From: Eledone cirrhosa
Taxonomy: Eukaryota
Assembly: GCA_964016885.1 (NCBI GenBank)
Contig: OZ024747.1
Location: forward strand, 48,174,001-48,238,000
Length of the DNA: 64,000 bases
Direction: 5' to 3'
Shown one piece after another: positions 26,102-39,438 of the stretch. The position numbers and the translations under genes were made by a program. The first letter of the stretch is position 1; each line of letters begins with the position of its first letter. The notes under the pieces are model-generated. The model saw only the letters and a program-made list of their open reading frames with translations. It was not told the DNA's origin and ran no database searches.

Positions 26102-27569
26102 GTAAGTTGTTTTATAATATCTCCTTCCTCCTCAAGAGGTTCTTTGGGGCAGAGTCATCAAACACTTGAATGATGTTACTCCAGAGGAACCCCATTTTGG
26201 CTGCTTGTATTTGCGATCATATTCTTTCGGCCATTACCCAAGATTCATGACCATAGGTAAAGTTTTTCTATTATAAGGCAGTAAATTGGCAGTCATTAGA
26301 ACATTGGATTAAATCCCACAGTATTTGTTCTTGATCATTCTGCCACAGTCAACTTTGCCTTTCACTTTTCAAGGTTGATAAATAAAGTAGCAGTCTAGTA
26401 CTTGGTTTTATTCTTCTTCTCTATATCTCACTCTTTGGAAGAAATCAACAGTATTCCAACGTTTAGAGGGATGGGCTCCAACAGGTTTAACATGTCCATG
26501 ATATGTCATGACAGTACCCCTACAACTTCATCAGGAGTTAAAAGCCCTTTTAGGTCTATAATATTCACAAATTCTTCTATAGAAGAATTAAAAGTGTTTC
26601 AATGGCCATAAACTGGACTGACAACATTATACGGAAGGACTAAAATCTCTACTCAACCATTTCACTGTATTCAGAAGTCAGTTGAATAATGGTGTTACTA
26701 GTCCCTAGAGTATAGGCATGGGCTTAGTGGCTAGAGAGTTGGATTCAGAATAGTGAGGTTGTGAGTTTAATTCCTGGACCAGGCAATGTGTTGTGTCCTT
26801 GGGCAAGACACTATATTTCAATGATGCTCCAGTTTACTCAGCTGTAGAAATGAGTTGTGACATCACTAGTGCCAAGCTGTATTGGCCATTGCCTTTCCCT
26901 TGGACAACATCATATATAGTGTATATATGGTGTATATATAATGTATAGTGTATACATGTTTGATGTGATATCACTAGTGTCGAGCTGTATCAGCCTTTGC
27001 CTCTCCTTTGGACTACATCGCTGGCATCAGTCATAACAGGCCTAGCAAGTCAGCATTGAAAAATAAACCTGCTAAGATAAAGCCTCATTCTGGCAGAACT
27101 GTTGGACTGACGGGTCATTACTGCATAGAGTTATGGCCCTTTATGGTCTAAGTTCAAATCCTGCCACGGTTAACTTTGCCTTTCATCCTTAAGGAGTCGA
27201 TAAAATAAAGTACCAGTAATGTAATGGAATAATTGCTGGCCTTGTGCCAAAAGTATAAACAATTATTTATTGACTTTGAAAGAATAAAACCCGCCAGATA
27301 GTCCTATGCGAGCAAGATAATCACTCTTGCCTCAAGTGGGAAAACCCCCGTCCAAACCCATGCAAGCGTGGAACACGGACGTTAAACGTTGATGATGATG
27401 ATGATGATGATATATATCATCATCATCACCGTTTTACATCCATTTTTCCACGCTAGCATGGGTTAGATGAGTTGTCCTGTTGTGGGCAATGCCAGGTCAG
27501 GTGACCATGTCTTGCTCATACAGAACTGATTTTGGCTTGATTTCTACAGCAGTATGCCCTTTGCAACTC

Positions 27570-28770
27570 CCTGGTCTCATTATCATGCAACATTGCTGTT
27601 CATATGCACGTGTCATACAGTCTGCTGCTAATTCGGTCATCACCTAGGTAGCAGAAGCTGTCTATTGTTTCTACCGAGCCCTCCCAGAATTTGGTAGTGC
27701 TTGTTTCCTGCTTACTGTCCTGGTGCAACTGCTACATGGAAAGCCTATATTCTTAGCTAAACTTCCTAGATCCCAACACATCTCTTGTGTACCCATAGTT
27801 TGCATTTGGGGCAGAGGATGGAATTTCTACCTACATCTTTCCTACATACTGTGCAAGGCCATTTCCCTGAGAGGATCTGGGTTCTGTTTTCTTTTCTACT
27901 TATTATGACCTTAGTCTTTGTCAGGTTGACTTTGAGATCGCTTCTTTCTAGGCCCTGCTTCCACATTTGGAATTTCTTCTCTAGTTCAACCATAGATTCA
28001 GCTATAAGTGTAATAAGATCATCCGCATACAGAAGTTCCCATGAGCATCTAGTCTTAAACTCGTCTGTTATAGCCTGCAATACGATAATAAACAGATGAA
28101 GCCTAAGAACAGAGCCCTGGTGGATGCCAACCTGTAATCTAAATTCCTCGCTATAGTCATTGTTAACCCTAACTTTGCTGACTGTTCCCCTATACATTGC
28201 TTGTACAGCCTTCAGAAACCACTCATCTACTCCTAGTTTTCTAAGAGCCCAACAAATTATGGCACAGGGCACTTTGTTGAAGGCTTTTTCCAAATCAACA
28301 AATGCCAGGTAGAGTGGCTTGCTTTTAGTTAGGAACCTTTCCTGCAACTGCCTTACAAGGAAGAGAGCATCAGTGGTGCTTTTGCCTGGCACAAATCCAA
28401 ACAGCATCTCATCTAGATTTACCCTGTCCCTAATCAATTGTGCTATGACTCTTTCTGTTACGTTCATGGCCTGGTCCATCAGTTTTATACCTCTATAGTT
28501 TCCTCTATCTAGTGCATCTCCTTTATCCTTGTAGCAATTGACAATGATGCTGCTGTGCCAATCATTTGGTATGATGCTATCTAATATTACTTGGTTTACA
28601 ATATGTGTGTTTATGGTGTGACCTACTGACCCAGATGCTTTCAGCATCTCAGCAATTATACCCGATGGACCAGCTGCTTTTCCAGTCTTTATATCCTTAA
28701 TTGCCTTACTTGTTATACTGCTGACTTGTACTGTTGGGTCCTCTATGTTGTCATGCATTTTCCTCATTCA
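27570..28770 (-). mobile_element. RTE LINE RT fragment
   Basis: 333-aa ORF with NYRGIKLMD, DLEKAF, GIHQGSVL, LYADD, WPCTVC...CPKC. Confidence 0.9.
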
Positions 28771-29379
28771 GTTATATATATAACAATGAGTTGTAGTTTG
28801 CTTGAAGCATTGTGGACTAAGAAATATAAATTTAAATAAGTTTAAATATTTGGAAGCCTGACAATGTGTGCAAGATGAAAAGTGCCAAGATAATAGGAGT
28901 TATAGAGAATAAAAGACTGTGATTTAAAAACCCATTCTCAAGAGAGGATCTGTGTATAGGTATTTAAAGAGTAATTGGGGAAGAATTGTTGTTTGGCAGG
29001 CAGATTTAATTTAAATGTATGAAAAAGATGTTAAAATGTAAAGTTTTGTGTGTTCACGTAGTGAAATACGTGTGAGAATAAGTGCTTGATGTGTGCATGT
29101 CTGTGCATATGTGTAAGTGTGCATTGAGAAATAAGTTTGAGAATATGTGTATGATGTATGTATGTATGTGTGTGTGTGAGTGTAAGTTTGCATAGGGAAA
29201 AACGTGTGAGAATATGTGTTTGATATATATATATATATGTGTGTGTGTGCGTGATTGTAAGTGTGCATGTGTAGATTTCAGGGTAAGGGAGTAAAAAGTA
29301 TGTGTAGTTGATCTGTGACATTTCTTTATTTGTCTCAGGCACACCCCTTAATGGCTTCAATTTTATGATGCTGTTAGCA

Positions 29380-29775
29380 TTATTCGTGTCGAATTGAGCG
29401 TTCCTTACAACAGGCATCTGGGATGTTGGAACGATGGTGTACTTATGTTGGATAAGTTAAATTAGCCATTCTGGTGCACTTCTTTCCATTCGATTTTATA
29501 TATATCTTGTTAGTCTTAGGTTCTTCTGCGCTTTTGGCACCTCGAGCTGTAAGTAGTTGCCAACGATGATGATCAGTGGTGGAATTTTTCTGTCTGTGCC
29601 AAGTGATGTTGGTTGCCATCAGTTACAACCAGACAAGCGTGATATGCAGGGGGAGATATTTTTTACTAAGTTGTTGGTAATGTTCCTTGGATGGTTGGAA
29701 CTGCAGTGGATATAGTGTAAATTCTCATTTGGTTTCCTATAGAGGTAGTACAAATTGAGTGTAACATCCAGAGAA
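29380..29775 (-). mobile_element. Penelope-like element (Neptune-type) RT/thumb remnant
   Basis: Minus strand 29771-29650 translates LDVTLNLYYLYRKPNENLHYIHCSSNHPRNITNNLVKNIS (PLE FLDV...YRKP...YIH..SNHP signature); IYKIEWKEV follows downstream. Confidence 0.7.
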
Positions 29776-30635
29776 TGTTTCTACTTAGGTAGAAATAGAA
29801 TTTTTTCTTTGTTAGTTATGCATTCTAATTACACTTTGGTGGATCTTTGCATATTTACACTATTACAAACAGTTCCTAATCTTCCTTAGGTAAACCCGGA
29901 ATATTTCTACTCTTGTTAAAATAAAAGAAAATACTAGTAAATTAGTATATTGAGGTGCCCTTCCTATGCATTAGAGTAATTGATAACTACATTTTTTTAT
30001 CAGGAACTGAATTAGTATTAACATCTAAATGCTTTGCTCTTTAGCTAAGTGTTAGATTAGGCATACTTAACTTAAACTCTCTAACTACCTTCTTTGACTC
30101 TTACATGCTGAAATTATATTCCTACCTCTTTGAATTGTAGGTTACAGACTCTATAAATGATAGAGAGTTGTATAGATTTCTCTCTTAACACCTGACTAGC
30201 TTGACACTCACAGGTCAGACTCTTACTCCCACCCCTTCGTTCTTCAGGCCAGTTCAGCCCCCCCCCCCCCATTTTCCAGGATCTTTTGCTTTGATATTTC
30301 TGCTTTTTTTTGTTTTGACTGCATGCCCATATATGGACTGTACCCCTTCATAAGTTCAGTTAGATTCACACGTTTCTAATACTGCTGGCTTAGTTCGGGT
30401 CTAGCTGTCAAAACAGCTGGAGCTGAACCGTCGGGGTCCTGACTCTCTTCATATATATATCATCACTGATTCATGGCTATTTTGTATTCTTGCTTGGGTC
30501 ATATAGTGTATATATATATATATCTATATATATCTATATATGTATATACACACATATACGTGTGTGTGCGTTATGAGGGGAGCAAAGGAGGTGGAAGGGA
30601 AACCATATATTCTCATAATTTATCTGTACTTTCAG

Positions 30636-30776
30636 ATTATGAAATTCTGGAAATTTCTAGTGAAGATGAAGGAGCTACTGCCCCAGATGATGAAGAAGTG
30701 ACACCTGTTGGTGTAAAAAGGAAACGAACTGGTACCAAAGAAGCTAATACACTTACTCCATTCTTATTAGGACCAG
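30636..30776 (+). CDS. ZF gene coding exon 4 (SIM-like and NLS-like motifs)
   Basis: ctttcag|AT; DYEILEISSEDE...GVKRKRT...LLGP; donor G|GTAAGT; 141 nt, phase 1-1. Confidence 0.88.
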
Positions 30777-31506
30777 GTAAGTCACAATATCATCACTACC
30801 ACCAACACCATTATCATCACTAAGCCATGAACATCATTAACAACACCAACATCATAATATAGCAACTGTGTACAATATTTTTCCTCATGTTTCACCCCAT
30901 GGTTCTGTTACTGGTATTCATATTTTGGGAGAAAAGAACTGCCTAGTTCAAGGACACAACGCTTTACCTGTTCCAGAGATTGAATCCTCATCCAAATACT
31001 AGGCCATTGTTGTTTTTCTGAAATATATTTAAGATGTAACTGATATAAAATAACTAAAATTGGGTTAGCTATGTGATATTGTTATATATTATTTATGGTA
31101 TTAATTAGAAAATAGTAACTTGGTTACGATGAAGATTTTTTTTTCTTCTACCTTTTTTTTAATTCGCTTTCGTTACTCAAGTAAAATATGTTTTATGGTA
31201 CAAGGGAGATAATTTGGTCGTGGAATTAGCTTTACAAGGGAGGTAGTTTTTCTTTTTCGCCCAATTATACGTGAGAGGGTTGTGGGGGCAGAGTCCTCAA
31301 ACACTCCTTCCAGCGTGTCTTGTCAGAAGCAAACGTCTCCAACTGATCCCACTGGATCCCCAAGCGTGACCAGCCAAGCTCATGGATGTTATCCAACCAT
31401 CTTGCTCGGTGTCAATCTCCCTGAATCTCCTGCCGGTTAGTTTTGCCTATAAAATTTGTTCAGCGATTCTTTCCTGAGACATTCTAACCACATGCCTATA
31501 GTATCA

Positions 31507-31679
31507 GAAGTAAAGAAACATAATTGTTTCTACTTTAGGCACAAGGCCAGCAATTACCCAGTGCATTACTGGTACTTTATTTTATCGACCCCGTAAGGAT
31601 GAAAGGCAAAGTAAACCTCGGCGGGATTTGAACTCAGACCGCAAAGGGACGTAACTATGCTGAAGTAAAGAAACATAAT
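31507..31679 (-). mobile_element. 5'-truncated SINE with 18-bp TSD
   Basis: GAAGTAAAGAAACATAAT at both ends; same family as 11192-11401. Confidence 0.8.
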
Positions 31680-32104
31680 AAAGAACCTTTTCAGCTATAA
31701 AACACCTGTGTATGTTTGACCTCTGTCGATTCTGATAGTACATGTTCCAGTTAGGTTGATCAATGGATCAACCTGCTCGTGAAATTAATGTGCAAGTGGT
31801 TGGACATTCCTCTGATACATGTGCCTTAACATAGATCTCAGGGAGATTCGGCATGATGCATTGTATGACAAGACTGGCTCATTTAAATTACAAATACAAC
31901 TAATTTTTCTAGAGCAATGTCAAATAAAGTGCTTTGCTCAATCACGCAATGCGTCACTGGGAATTGCACTCACGACTTTGTAAAGGCGGTGAATTTACAG
32001 AATTGTTAGAACGTCAGATAGAATGTTTCGCCATATTTGGTCTGGCTCTCTGTGCTCTGAATTCAAAACCTGCTGAGGTCAACTTTGCTTTTCATTCTTT
32101 CAAA

Positions 32105-32320
32105 GTCAATAAATAATTGTTTATACTTTTGGCACAAGGCCAGCAATTATTCCATTACATTACTGGTACTTTATTTTATCGACTCCTTAAGGATGAAAAG
32201 CAAAGTTAACCGTGGCAGGATTTGAACTTAGACCATAAAGGGCCATAACTCTATGCTGTAAAGCATGGCGTCCGATCCTCTACTGATACTGCCAATCCAC
32301 CGCCAATGTCAATAAATAAT
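32105..32320 (-). mobile_element. SINE nested in an older SINE, TSD GTCAATAAATAAT
   Basis: Same family, bounded by a direct repeat. Confidence 0.7.
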
Positions 32321-33869
32321 ATTATTTTGCACTGGGACCAATTATTCCTCTATATCTCTTTCTCACTCCCTCTCTTTCTGTCCCCCCCCCTCCCCTCTCT
32401 CTCTCGGAAATTGACTGTGTTCAGAACTAGAGAGGGATAGGCTCTGTCAGGTTTAAATGCCTGAGGCATGCTGTATATCATTACAGTACCCCTTTGATTC
32501 CATTAGGAGAGCTTATGGAATGCCATACATAATATAATGGTTTCTTATTTAGCACAAAGCTAACACTTTGGTGGTGGGAAGTGGGTAGATAAATTGATTA
32601 TATGAATCTCAGTACATGACTGGTACTTTATTTTATCACTCTGAAATGATGAAAGGATAAGTTATCTTCAGTAGGATTTGAATTCAGAATGTAAATAACT
32701 GCAACAAGCTCTAATGATTCTATCAATCCTATATATAATGTAATAATGATTTCTACTTTAGGCACTAGGCCAACAATTTAAGTGGGAGGGGCAAGTTGAT
32801 TAAATCAACACAGGTACTTGGCTTTATTTTATTGAGCCCATCAAGATAAAAGGCAAAGTTGACCTCAGAGGTTTGTATAGCATCATCATCAGCAGCAGCA
32901 AGTCTCTTCAGATATGTGAGCAGTACTCCAATGTGCATCTTAAGTTTTGTAGTGAGACTGGTAGTGATCAGAACTGAAGTATATTCTGACACTAAAGAGT
33001 GTGGGTTAGTCTTTAGGAAGTAGTTTTGTCCAACATTAATAGATGTGTAATACTTCAGGCATATCATCTGTATGAACTTGTAATTCCTGATGGAATTGTA
33101 AGGGCTTCATTATGACATTTTATGTGTTTTGGGCAGTTTTAAGCCTGGCAGAGTCCATCTCCTATCCAGCCTGGACATAGTCAGTTTTTTCCAAAGAATG
33201 AGAGTGGGAGAGAATGAGAGCGGGAGAGAAAGAGAGAGGGAGAGAAAGAATGGATGTCAACTTTACTTGTTATCATTTTAGTATAGAAAAATTAAACCAC
33301 CAGCTGAGTCCTGGGGTTGATTCTTTTCTCTCTCTCGGAATTGGCTGTGCTGTGCTATGAGAAAGGTCCTACATAAAGTGTCCTTTTCTTCAGAAATGAA
33401 GAAGGTTTTAGTGAGGGCTAAGCAACCTCTTTTCATAGAAACCTGATATATTTCCAAAGATAGCACAATAACATTGTAAGGTGGGGACTAGTTTAAGAAC
33501 TCAGGGAGAGAATGAAAGGCAGTGCCTGTTATCATTATTTTCCCCATCATGATAATTTTTACGCCAATTTTTCTTTGCTTGCATGAGTTTGATGTGTTTC
33601 CTCCAGTATAGTTTCTCTCCACTTGTGTTCTAATAATATTTTCTTGGTTTCGAGATCAGTTTTGCCCACTTCTGCTCAGATTTTCCTCGGCTTCCCTATT
33701 CTGTGGTTTCCTTTCACTGTGAACTAATGACATTCTATGCTACTGAAACCATGCCAGGACTGACCCATGTGTATCACACCATTTGAATAGTCTAAGACTA
33801 TTTATAACTTTTCATACTACTGGAGTACTATCGACAAGTCTTTGAGTTATAATCCTGCTACAGCTACTC

Positions 33870-34230
33870 CTCACACACCCACACAACACACACAAATCAC
33901 CCTCACACCACACACAACACACACAACACACAACACACAACACACACACACACAACACACACAACACACAACACACACACACACAACACACACAACACAC
34001 ATACACAACACACACAACACACACACACAACACACACACACACACACACACACCCACACAACACACACACAACTCACACAACACACACAACACACACGAC
34101 ACACACACACACCCACACAACACACACACAACTCACACAACACACACAACACACACACAACTCAAACAGCACACACACAACACACACACAACACACAACT
34201 CACACACAACACACACAACACACGCAACAC
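33870..34230. repeat. Cryptic (CA)/(ACA) simple repeat
   Basis: ACACACAAC variants over about 360 bp. Confidence 0.9.
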
Positions 34231-34880
34231 ATACTCTTTCTTTCTCATCAGAAACTCTTCATATTTTTATTGTGCTTTTTATTTATATAAATCTCATGTG
34301 TTTTGATTTTTGTTTCAACCTTAAAGTCCTGTACCACATGAAACCACATGAGTAAGACATTCTTAAAAAATTAAAGTACTTCTTCTATTACTGCAAATTT
34401 TTCACAACAATCTGCTTACCAGTAAAGTTACTGTAAACATTTGAATTAACAAATTTGATTTTTGCTCTTTTCAGTTAATTTATTATAGTATGTTAATAAT
34501 TGTTTCTACTTTAGGCACAAGGCCAGCAATTATCCCAGTGTATTACTGGTACTTTATTTTATCGACCCCGTAAGGATGAAAGGCAAAGTTAACCTCGGCG
34601 GGATTTGAACTCAGACCATAGTTCAAATCCTACCGAGGTTAACTTTGCCTTTCATCCTTACGTATGTTAATAGTATGTTAATAATGAACTCTTAACATCC
34701 TGTACCATATGAAACCACATTAGCAAGAAAGTCTTGAAAATTTACAAAACAGCATTAAGGTTGCATCATATTTGAATGACAGGTGCCCCAGTCATAATGA
34801 GTGAAACTAAAGGAGGTGGAGAGGTAGCGGCTGGGTTGTTATTGTGGGTATTTACTGAATGTCTTCTTTTGATCCAACAG

Positions 34881-35008
34881 GGATGAAACGAGGACGTGGT
34901 CGACCTCGACGGTACCCTCCTGCTGGTCAGAGCAGTTTACCAACACAAATTCCGGCTGTGATTATACCAACATCCAATGGACAGACACTGATGATGGCTT
35001 CTGTTCCG
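34881..35008 (+). CDS. ZF gene coding exon 5 (AT-hook 2)
   Basis: caacag|GG; GMKRGRGRPRRYP; donor CCG|GTAAGT; phase 1-0. Confidence 0.9.
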
Positions 35009-35022
35009 GTAAGTCTATTTTG

Positions 35023-35460
35023 TGGACACTGTTGCTTGGTAACAGGTTTAGCTGGTGGACACTGTCGCTAGGTAACAGGTTTAGCTGGTGGATACTGTTG
35101 CTAGGTTACAGGTTTAGCTGGTGGACGCTGTCGCTAGGTAACAGGTTTAGCTGGTGGACACTGTTGCTAGGTTACAGGTTTAGCTGGTGGACACTGTTGC
35201 TAGGTTACAGGTTTAGCTGGTGGACACTGTTGCTAGGTTACAGGTTTAGCTGGTGGACACTGTTGCTAGGTAACAGGTTTAGCTGGTGGACACTGTTGCT
35301 AGGTTACAGGTTTAGCTGGTGGACACTGTTGCTAGGTTACAGGTTTAGCTGGTGGATACTGTTGCTAGGTAACAGGTTTAGCTGGTGGATACTGTTGCTA
35401 GGTTACAGGTTTAGCTGGTGGACACTGTTGCTAGGTTACAGGTTTAGCTGGTGGACACTG
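35023..35460. repeat. 33-bp minisatellite, ~13 copies
   Basis: Unit TGGACACTGTTGCTAGGTTACAGGTTTAGCTGG. Confidence 0.95.
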
Positions 35461-35768
35461 GTAGTGGAGGTGTGTGGCCTAGTGGTTAGGGTGTTGGTAG
35501 TGGAGGTATGTTGTGGTGGAGGTGTGTTGTGGTGGAGATGTGTGGTAGTGGAGGTGTGTTGTGGTGGAGATGTGTGGTAGTGGAGGTGTGTTGTGGTGGA
35601 GGTGTGTTGTGGGTGGAGATGTGTGGTAGTGGAGGTATGCGGCCTTGTAGCCACTATCACCCTACCACCACCACCATTATCCTTTATGTTAGCCAGTCTG
35701 GAACATTCACCTCCTGTTCCTATCTAGCCTCTTCACCTACCACACATATGTATCTCTCTCTCTTCCAG

Positions 35769-35970
35769 GGTATCCAGAATATTCCAGCGTTCCAACAACA
35801 GATGAAACAACTACCCACCTTGATACAGAAACCATCAGAAGGTCAGGTGATGGCAGCAGATGGTAGTAACAACCATCAGATGGTAGGGGTGTCATTGAAT
35901 ACCATTGATGGTATGGCTGGGGAGAAGTCGACTACAAAACAAGAACAAGAACAGCAACAGCAACAACAGC

Positions 35971-36001
<31 letters not shown>

Positions 36002-36027
36002 GGAGAACCTCATTATTTCAGCAACTG
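35769..36027 (+). CDS. ZF gene coding exon 6 (poly-Q)
   Basis: cttccag|GGT; GIQNIPAFQQQ...Q17...ISAT; donor G|GTAATT; phase 0-1. Confidence 0.88.
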
Positions 36028-36054
36028 GTAATTACACTGTATGTCTGTTTCCCT

Positions 36055-36111
<57 letters not shown>

Positions 36112-36782
36112 TTCTCTCTCTCAGTATGTGTTCATCTGTGTATCTGTTTGTTTAACCCCATCCCACTATCTCTCTCTCCCTCCCTCCCTCCCTCTCTGAT
36201 TCTCTGTCTGTCTCTCTATGTCTGTATAAGCCTAGACATAGCTGTGTGGTTAAGAAGTTCGCATTGCAGTCACATAATTTCGGGTTCATTTGCTCTGCTT
36301 GGCACTTAGGGTATGTCCTGTTATCAGAACAGACAATACCAGGTTGCCCAAGAAATTGTTATATGAAGAGCTTTTAAATAAAAACAGGCCAATCTCAGTC
36401 ATTGTCTAATGACTGAAACCAATAAAAAATAAAAGGAAGCATATACATATATGTGTGTATGTGTGTGTATGCAACACACACACACATATATCATCATCAT
36501 CACCGTTTAACGTTCATTTTTCAATGCTAGCATGGGTTAGACGAGTTGTCCTGTTGTGAGACAAGCCAGATCAGGTGATCAAGTCTTGTTCATAAAGAAC
36601 TGATTCTTGCTTGGTTTCTATGGCTGGATGCCCTTCCTTACATCAACTGCATTTACTGTGCATACTGGGTGCTTTTTATTGTAGCAACAAAACGACCACT
36701 ATACGGTGTGGGTTAGGTGCTTTTTGTTGTGACACCAAAATGACCATTTTTATCAAAGTATCCTTACTGGTTTCCCTTACAG

Positions 36783-36872
36783 ACAGTACAACCCAGACTA
36801 CAAAACTAGATGTGCCCACAGACATCAACGAAGAAATCTCAAATGTACATTCCAAAAATGAAAATTCGACAG
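36783..36872 (+). CDS. ZF gene coding exon 7
   Basis: cccttacag|AC; DSTTQTTKLDVPTDINEEISNVHSKNENST; donor G|GTCAGT; 90 nt, phase 1-1. Confidence 0.75.
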
Positions 36873-36887
36873 GTCAGTCAGTTTTTC

Positions 36888-37073
36888 TGTCTCTCAGCCT
36901 GTTAGTACTTCAGTACTTTAGTCTCTCAGCCTGTTAGTACTTCAGTCTCTCAGCCTGTTAGTACTTCAGTCTCTCAGCCTATTAGTACTTCAGTCTCTCA
37001 GCCTGTTAGTACTTCAGTCTTTCAGCCTGTTAGTACTTCTGTCCCTCAGCCCGTTAGTAGTTCAGTCTCTCAG
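36888..37073. repeat. 24-bp minisatellite, ~7-8 copies
   Basis: Unit CAGTCTCTCAGCCTGTTAGTACTT. Confidence 0.9.
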
Positions 37074-37620
37074 TGACTTTATTATCTTTTCTCACCCCCT
37101 TTCTCCATCATGTTATTTTGAGGTTTCTCTATTGGTCATGACTGACCATGTGTTTTCACCTGGGAAATTCATTTCTCAGGTACAAGCCAAGGTATGGTGT
37201 TTTCTGGAAGATCCATAGTTACTCATGTATTCCAGTTTGTCTTGTCTCTGACACTGATGTTTTCCAAGGAAAAGGTAAATTCTAGTTGAGTAGATTGGAG
37301 CAATGTAAAATAAAGTGTCTTGCTCAAAGATACAATACACTGTCTAGTGAAGGGAATCAAAATCCTGACTTTACAATTATGAACTCAACATCCTATTAAG
37401 TGATGTGTCTCATATAGTTGAGTAGTACACTCTTCTGTTAGATTCTATTAATAAATAAAACTGTTAACATTTCATTTTAACTGTTTCTATTCAAGATTAG
37501 GGATTGTTAAAGTAGAAATATTACATTAATAAAATTAAATTTTCTCTTCATTCTACTCTGTTAAGTGTCCTTCATGCCTTTCCCATACATTTTAATCTAA
37601 AAATGTCTCAATTACTTCAG

Positions 37621-37746
37621 ATGAAGCCAAAAATGTGATGGAATCTTCAACAGAGATTGTCACCAGCAGTGCACAACCTACCATCATTCAGATTCCAGAG
37701 AATTTCTTACCAATGTTTTTACCAAAGAAAGATCCAATCAAAATTG
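37621..37746 (+). CDS. ZF gene coding exon 8
   Basis: acttcag|AT; DEAKNVMESSTEIVTSSAQPTIIQIPENFLPMFLPKKDPIKI; donor G|GTAATT; 126 nt, phase 1-1; not in the ORF track. Confidence 0.82.
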
Positions 37747-38371
37747 GTAATTATTAAATTATACATTTTCTTGGAGTTCAATTTCTGATATTTAATGGTT
37801 GGGGTGTTGAACTTAAAATCATAATGTCTGGGGTTTAATTCTTGGACCAGATGGAAACTGAAGCAGTGCTCCTTCAGTTTCCCGAAGGAGTGTTTGAATA
37901 ATACCATCGAGCACATTTACACTTTTCTAATGACTTGGGTCAGGGGATAATACAGATGAAAATAAAAGTTGTGATAAACTGTCTCCCTGAAATATACCCC
38001 TTCATATGTTAATAGAGCCTAACTGTTCCCCTCAGGAAATTAATCTTGTTTCCATGCTGGTCATTAATCTTTCTAGAAACCTAATTACATTGTCTGGCAC
38101 TTAAGTAAATTTCAGTCACTCTAATATCCAAATGTGGGGGACTGTGTTGTAGCCTTTCTTATAGTCCACTCACACAGTGACTAAGTTCTTGTGCCACGTT
38201 TTATCAATCAATAGTTGATATTTTGTACCCCTGCTGTTCTTTTTGCACCCTTTCTGCTCTTCAAGGAACTTATACATGGTCTACAAGATGATTCCAGTCA
38301 TAAGTTTCCACGTTAGTGGCAAGCAAGATATGGATCTAAAATTATCTACTACATTGCCTTTAGCAGGGTCA

Positions 38372-39437
38372 TTCTTCTTCTTCTCCTCCTCCTCCCCCAT
38401 GAATACCAAGCCGCTACCCACAGCCTCTGATATTCAGGACGTATCGGAGGGTTTGTGCTGTTCCCAGCAAGCATGCCTTTTGAAGTGTTCCAAAAAATGG
38501 GGCTGGACTAATCTTCTTTAACCATCCTTGGAGACTCTTTGAGATAGTACCTAGTGCACCTATGACAATCGGGACGACCTTGATCTCATGGCAGTTCCAA
38601 ATCTTTTTTAATCCCACTTTAAGTCCTGGTATCGGTTAATTTTCTCCCTCTCCTTTTCTTACACTCTTCTGTCAAATGGGCAGGCTACATCTACAATCAG
38701 ACACAATCTTTTTTCCTTGTCCAAAACCACCAGGTCAGGCCTATTGTGTTCTAATTTCTTGTCCGTCTGTATCCTGAATTCCCATAGCACCTTCACCTGA
38801 TCGTTTTCTATCACCGACTCTGGCTTATGCTCATACCACTTCTCAGAATGTGGTAAATTGTTTAGTTTGTATAGGTGCCAGTGGATCACCCTGCCCATCA
38901 CATCATGTCTCCAGCCTTTATAGTGAGTCTGGGCTAGGTGTTTACACTCGGATACAATGTGAGCCACAGTCTCCTCTCTCCACAGATCCTACACAGTGAG
39001 CTAGCCTCCTTGTCAATATAGTGTTTCACCCACTTCGTTCTGAGGGCTTGTTCTTGCGCAGCCATTAGCATTCCTTCTGTATTTTTTTTCAGGTCTCCTC
39101 TTTTTAACCAGTTCCATGTCTGTGGATCTCTGAATTCCATTTTCTTAAAGAAGGTGCCATGAAGGGATTTTTCATGAAGGTTGCTCTTCCTTCTTGTTAT
39201 TTCCTCCTTGGACATCCCCTGGTCTATTGTCTTCTCCTTCAGTACAACTTTGAGCATTGGCTCCCTACTGTCAGCCACATATTTGTGCAGGTTGTTTTTC
39301 TCCATCTGAACACAGTCCTCTATGCTGATAAGACCTCTTCCACCTTCAGATCTCTTTAAGTAGAGTCTATCAACATCACTCCTCTTGTGGAACAGGCTGT
39401 AGGTAGTCATTAGCTTCCTAGTCTTCCTATCCATTTC
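38372..39437 (-). mobile_element. R4/Dong-like (RLE) non-LTR retrotransposon, 3' part
   Basis: RLYLKRSEGGRGL, AAQEQALRT, CRIC...HIVSEC (CCHC), RHD, QTDKKLEHNRPDLVV...DVACP, VVPIVIGALG, LQKACLLGT; frameshifted. Confidence 0.85.
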
Positions 39438-39438
39438 T

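Noticed and set aside
35020-35580. 186-aa WWTLLLGYRFS ORF / possible CRISPR array
   Set aside because: Head-to-tail 33-bp tandem repeat with no unique spacers, inside a eukaryotic intron
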